A stretch of DNA of 64,000 nt from an uncultured Clostridia bacterium. GTDB taxonomy: Bacteria > Bacillota > Clostridia > Peptostreptococcales > Anaerovoracaceae. Below are positions 60,826 to 64,000 of the stretch, in pieces. The stretch's first letter is position 1. Each line of letters begins with the position of its first letter. Location: positions 19,044 to 83,043 of the forward strand of contig CAKMLH010000001.1 in the NCBI GenBank assembly GCA_927797855.1. Direction: 5' to 3'. The notes under the pieces were generated by a model. The model saw only the letters and a list, made by a program, of their open reading frames with translations, was not told the DNA's origin and made no database searches. Position numbers and translations under genes: made by a program.

Positions 60826-61749
60826 ATGAACAAAGTATTTGGCGAAGATTTAAAGAAACTTTACGGCGGGCAGCGCTACCACTCCATTAGTACATGGCTC
60901 AAGAGAGAATTCGGCAGCAAAACCATCAAACTTGCCATTGACGGCGGCTTTACCTGCCCCAACCGGGACGGCACCAAAGGCGTGGGAGGGTGTATCTTCT
61001 GTTCCGACAGCGGCTCCGGAGAATTTGCTTCCTGCATCGATGACCAGATAAGGTTGTTTTCGGATAAATGGCCTGATGCAGGCTATCTTGCCTATTTCCA
61101 GAATCATACCAATACCTACGCCCCTGCAGGGGAGCTTCGCGAAAAGTATTATGATATACTGGCAAATCCTAAAATAAAAGGTCTTGTCATCGGCACCAGG
61201 CCCGACTGTCTTGGTGATGATGTCCTTGATCTTCTTGCAGAAATAAATAAAACCCACTTTCTGTGGGTTGAACTGGGACTGCAGACCATTCATGACGAGA
61301 CAGCCCGCCTTATTAACAGATGTTATGATCTGAAAGTTTTTGATGATGCCATGAATCGTCTTGCCTCTCGCAGCATTAAGACCGTTGTGCATCTCATTCT
61401 GGGGCTTCCCGGTGAAAGCCGGGAAATGATGCTGGATTCAGTCCGCTATGTAGCTTCAATAGACCGGCTTTTCGGCATGAAGCTGCATCTTCTCAATGTG
61501 GTAAAGGGCTCGCAGATGGAATTTATGTATCCCCACTACCAGCCCTTCGGTTCCATTGAAGAATATGTCTCATTAGTGGTCGAATGTCTGGAGCTGATTC
61601 CTCCTCAGGTTACAATTCACCGCCTTACAGGAGACGCTCCCCGTTCTATCCTCATAAATCCGCCCTGGAGCTTTAATAAACGAACCATATTGAACGGAAT
61701 CAATGACAGGCTGAACCTCCTTGACACGTGGCAGGGGAAAAAAGCCTAG
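60826..61749 (+). CDS. TIGR01212-family radical SAM protein
   Basis: 307 aa with DGGFTCPNRDGTKGVGGCIFC at the N-terminus and a radical SAM TIM-barrel-like remainder. Confidence 0.85.
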   Translation: MNKVFGEDLKKLYGGQRYHSISTWLKREFGSKTIKLAIDGGFTCPNRDGTKGVGGCIFCSDSGSGEFASCIDDQIRLFSDKWPDAGYLAYFQNHTNTYAPAGELREKYYDILANPKIKGLVIGTRPDCLGDDVLDLLAEINKTHFLWVELGLQTIHDETARLINRCYDLKVFDDAMNRLASRSIKTVVHLILGLPGESREMMLDSVRYVASIDRLFGMKLHLLNVVKGSQMEFMYPHYQPFGSIEEYVSLVVECLELIPPQVTIHRLTGDAPRSILINPPWSFNKRTILNGINDRLNLLDTWQGKKA

Positions 61750-61754
61750 GCGTC

Positions 61755-61956
61755 TGTCCCATCCGTAAGTCGAATGTCGTATGAAAATTGAAATAGTATA
61801 TGCGGACAGTATCCCCTTCTTTTGTGGGCTGCTGTCCGCTTTTTTGTTTAAACCGAACAAAAAACGCCTGTTTTTCTTACATATTATTACATTGGTGGAC
61901 ATTTGTCCGCTTTTTTAGCACTATTGTCCGTGTTTTTGCCCAAAACTGCGGACAAT
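61755..61956. repeat. cluster of seven TGTCC/GGACA half-sites
   Basis: TGTCC occurs at 61755, 61833, 61904 and 61925. GGACA occurs at 61804, 61897 and 61950. One pair forms the 12-bp palindrome GGACA-TT-TGTCC (61897-61908). Confidence 0.75.
61802..61845 (+). terminator. terminator-like hairpin after the radical SAM gene
   Basis: GCGGACAG-N22-CTGTCCGC is followed by TTTTTT. The stem is built from the locally repeated TGTCC/GGACA motif. Confidence 0.6.
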
Positions 61957-61966
61957 TCTAGGCTAA

Positions 61967-62608
61967 TTAATCATTTCTGTCCGAAACAATTTCTACCGGC
62001 TTCCCTGCCTTCCAGCAGTGCGTAAAGCAAGGATAAACGGTTACGGTATCATAAGCGTAGTCTTCCAGAATAAGGGTGCTTGTAAACTCTGCATGGTCCC
62101 CTGTGCCTGCATAGGTATCCATATAGCACTTTCTTCCTTCTCCGTCCAGATACTCTCTCTCAAAGACCTCATAAATTTCAGAAGTGCTTCCCCCATCGCA
62201 TCCTTTAACCATCTTAAATCTTATCTCCACGGCCTGTTTTCCATCGGCATGTTTCTGCCTTGAAATTTTCTCTAAATGCACTCCATCAGGCATCCTTCCC
62301 GATATAATCCCTGTATCAGGTTCTGTCACCTTTATCTTGATGCCTTCCATGTCTTTTTCTGCAAGCCTTGCGCCTGTAACGACAATTTTAAGGTTATCTG
62401 TTTCGAAAAACCATGGGCTTTCCTTTCTGAAAGCTGTTACCTCAGGCGTATCCCTGCTTCCCAAGGCACTTATGCCGTTTATGCTTTCCAGCTTACTGTC
62501 ATCTCCTTCACCAGATGCTTCCACATAGAAACTCAGACTTTTAAGCCACATGGTGTTTGCTTCATCGCTTTCCACATTGAGCTGCAGATGGGTAGGGTAT
62601 ATATCCAC
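61967..62608 (-). CDS. C-terminal extracytoplasmic portion of the interrupted anti-sigma-like protein (ORF from an internal GTG)
   Basis: 213-aa ORF in the same frame as 62666-63379. It is separated from that ORF only by a TAG and 19 sense codons. There is no convincing RBS of its own. Confidence 0.5.
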   Translation of the reverse strand: MDIYPTHLQLNVESDEANTMWLKSLSFYVEASGEGDDSKLESINGISALGSRDTPEVTAFRKESPWFFETDNLKIVVTGARLAEKDMEGIKIKVTEPDTGIISGRMPDGVHLEKISRQKHADGKQAVEIRFKMVKGCDGGSTSEIYEVFEREYLDGEGRKCYMDTYAGTGDHAEFTSTLILEDYAYDTVTVYPCFTHCWKAGKPVEIVSDRND

Positions 62609-62665
62609 TGTTGCAATGGTGAAATGCTGTCCCAGAATATCCAGTTTTTCATTAAGCTCAATTGT

Positions 62666-63379
62666 CTAGCCCTGAGCAGTGTAGTACGGGTCGATTTCCA
62701 GTGTGAAAGTAAATACTGCCAGATTTTCCTTGGAGTAATTCCAGGTTTGTGTGTCTCTTTCCTTTGCCTTGAGCACAAGTGGTATGGTTTCCGGAACATG
62801 GCTGTCTGTGAAATCTATTGTGACTGACCTGAGTTTGCCTTCTTCATCAGGACCGCTCCAGGTAATGCCGTGAGTCGGCATATCTTTTCCTATTTCAAAG
62901 AGAGCCTCCAGCTGGGTATTCTCATTTCTTTTGATATCGTTTCCTTCATCGCTCCCCGGTTCGTATTCAAGTCTGTAAAATATATTCACCTGCTTCTGGT
63001 CCACGATGACATAATCGATGTCCGCCTTTATGCCGTTTTTAGTCTGAGAAAGACCTACGGTCTGCACATATTCATTTTCCACAGCTCTGGAAAGAGACCC
63101 TGAGAAATCAACTGCCGCTGCAAGGTCTTTTAGAATCGGTATCTTAGAGCAGGCCTGCGCTACCGGAGTTATGAAGTTGACACTGAGTACGAAGCAGGCA
63201 AACACAGCAGCTATGCTTCCCGCCGATTTTACGAATCTCATCACCCTGCGATGTTTTCTTTCCCTTGCTGAAGCTCTGTCAAAAACACCTTCCAGCTCAG
63301 GCGGAACCGCCTTTTCCAGATCATTCATCATTTTCTCATATTCACTCATTCTGATGTCGGCTCTATCTCTGTACTCCAT
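62666..63379 (-). CDS. membrane anti-sigma-factor-like protein (DUF4179-like), N-terminal part ending at an in-frame TAG
   Basis: The start is at the ATG at 63379, 7 nt after AGGAGG, overlapping the end of the sigma gene. A cytoplasmic segment is followed by one TM (SIAAVFACFVLSVNFITPVA) and an extracytoplasmic domain. The ORF ends at the TAG at 62668-62666. Confidence 0.7.
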   Translation of the reverse strand: MEYRDRADIRMSEYEKMMNDLEKAVPPELEGVFDRASARERKHRRVMRFVKSAGSIAAVFACFVLSVNFITPVAQACSKIPILKDLAAAVDFSGSLSRAVENEYVQTVGLSQTKNGIKADIDYVIVDQKQVNIFYRLEYEPGSDEGNDIKRNENTQLEALFEIGKDMPTHGITWSGPDEEGKLRSVTIDFTDSHVPETIPLVLKAKERDTQTWNYSKENLAVFTFTLEIDPYYTAQG

Positions 63380-63860
63380 TTTTTGCCTCCTTTTCGCAGC
63401 TTTCCTCATCCAGGGCAAGCCTTAACAGTCCGAGGGCTTTTCTTTGCCTTGTAGCTGCCGTTCCCTGGGGTATTTTAAGGATGAGGGCAGTTTCCGCCAC
63501 GGTAAATCCTCCAAAGAAACGCAGCACCACAATATCTCTCAGTTCCTCAGGCAGCATTCCGATTGCATCCTTAAGGGGCAGCCGGTCAAAATCCTCCTGA
63601 GAAATCTCCGGTATGGTTTCCGTCAGTTCTTCACGTTTTTGTCGACGCATCATTTTATAACATTCATTTATGAGGATTCTGGTCATCCAGGTATCAAAAT
63701 ACTCAGGCTGCCTCAGTTTTTTTACAGCGCAAAGCCCACTGTACACTGCCTCGTCCACTGCTTCAATGGCATCATGTTCATTCCCAAGGTAAATCATAGC
63801 CGTCCTGAAAAGCTTTATTCTTATTTCTCCGATTCTTGCTGCGAACTCCTCTCTTGTCAC
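63363..63860 (-). CDS. ECF-type RNA polymerase sigma-70 family factor
   Basis: 165 aa with a GTG start after AGGAGGGGG. Region 2 (FDTWMTRILINECYKMMR) and region 4 HTH (FTVAETALILKIPQGTAATRQRKA) are present. Confidence 0.88.
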   Translation of the reverse strand: MTREEFAARIGEIRIKLFRTAMIYLGNEHDAIEAVDEAVYSGLCAVKKLRQPEYFDTWMTRILINECYKMMRRQKREELTETIPEISQEDFDRLPLKDAIGMLPEELRDIVVLRFFGGFTVAETALILKIPQGTAATRQRKALGLLRLALDEESCEKEAKNGVQR

Positions 63861-64000
63861 GGCGCCCCCTCCTTTCGTGCCCCTTTGTATATTAGATGGA
63901 TAACCTGCGGGTTTTTATTTTTGGATTTAAAAAAACAACGCCCCGGGTGAGCAGAGCGTCTTATTTCCTGATTTATTTTTAAAGCATTTGAGATTACGAT

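Noticed and set aside
62666-62668. Pyrrolysine decoding of the in-frame TAG in the anti-sigma gene.
   Set aside because: There are no pyl genes or methylamine methyltransferase context in the window. TAG is used as an ordinary terminator by other genes here (PBP1A gene, radical SAM gene). It is retained only as a formal possibility in the corresponding finding.
63920-63960. Possible terminator or hairpin (ACGC...GCGT followed by a T-run on the minus strand) upstream of the ECF sigma gene.
   Set aside because: Only a 4-5 bp stem with a 15-nt loop is present, which is not convincing.

Overview
This is a gene-dense chromosomal core region of a Firmicutes/Clostridia (Lachnospiraceae-like) genome, judged from gene content and protein sequences. 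No mobile elements, rRNA/tRNA genes or CRISPR arrays are visible. About 58 protein genes can be called, mostly on the minus strand. They include ftsK (truncated at the left edge), uppP, asd/dapA, trmO, rpmF, ackA, tmcAL-ylbJ, murI, pepF, nadK, an extra MurE-like ligase, a TPP riboswitch with thiT, crt and hppA. They also include secG, a glycolytic block (gap-pgk-gap-tpiA) behind rpoN, hom, queA-ruvBAC, argR-recN and a two-gene [FeFe]-hydrogenase module. The remainder are holA-comEC, a long PBP1A, the conserved priA-def-fmt-rsmB-stp-prkC-rsgA-rpe operon, asnA, queH, a TIGR01212 radical SAM gene and an ECF sigma/anti-sigma pair. I found no obvious defence island or biosynthetic cluster. The most unusual signals are listed here in rough order of interest.
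1. A family of exactly 41-nt palindromic units (ATGTTGTA...TACAACAT). Four are stacked in the long murI/pepF divergent spacer and another sits between ruvA and ruvB.
2. An anti-sigma gene split by a single in-frame TAG.
3. A dense TGTCC/GGACA half-site cluster next to that gene.
4. A CpI-type hydrogenase coupled to a NuoF-tail/GltD-like flavoprotein.
5. Tandem GAPDH paralogues, one of which lacks both classical NAD-specificity residues.
6. A 68-aa protein with 12 cysteines and a tiny TM segment, inside a block of uncharacterised genes.
All calls come from reading the sequence and the ORF track. No database search was run.
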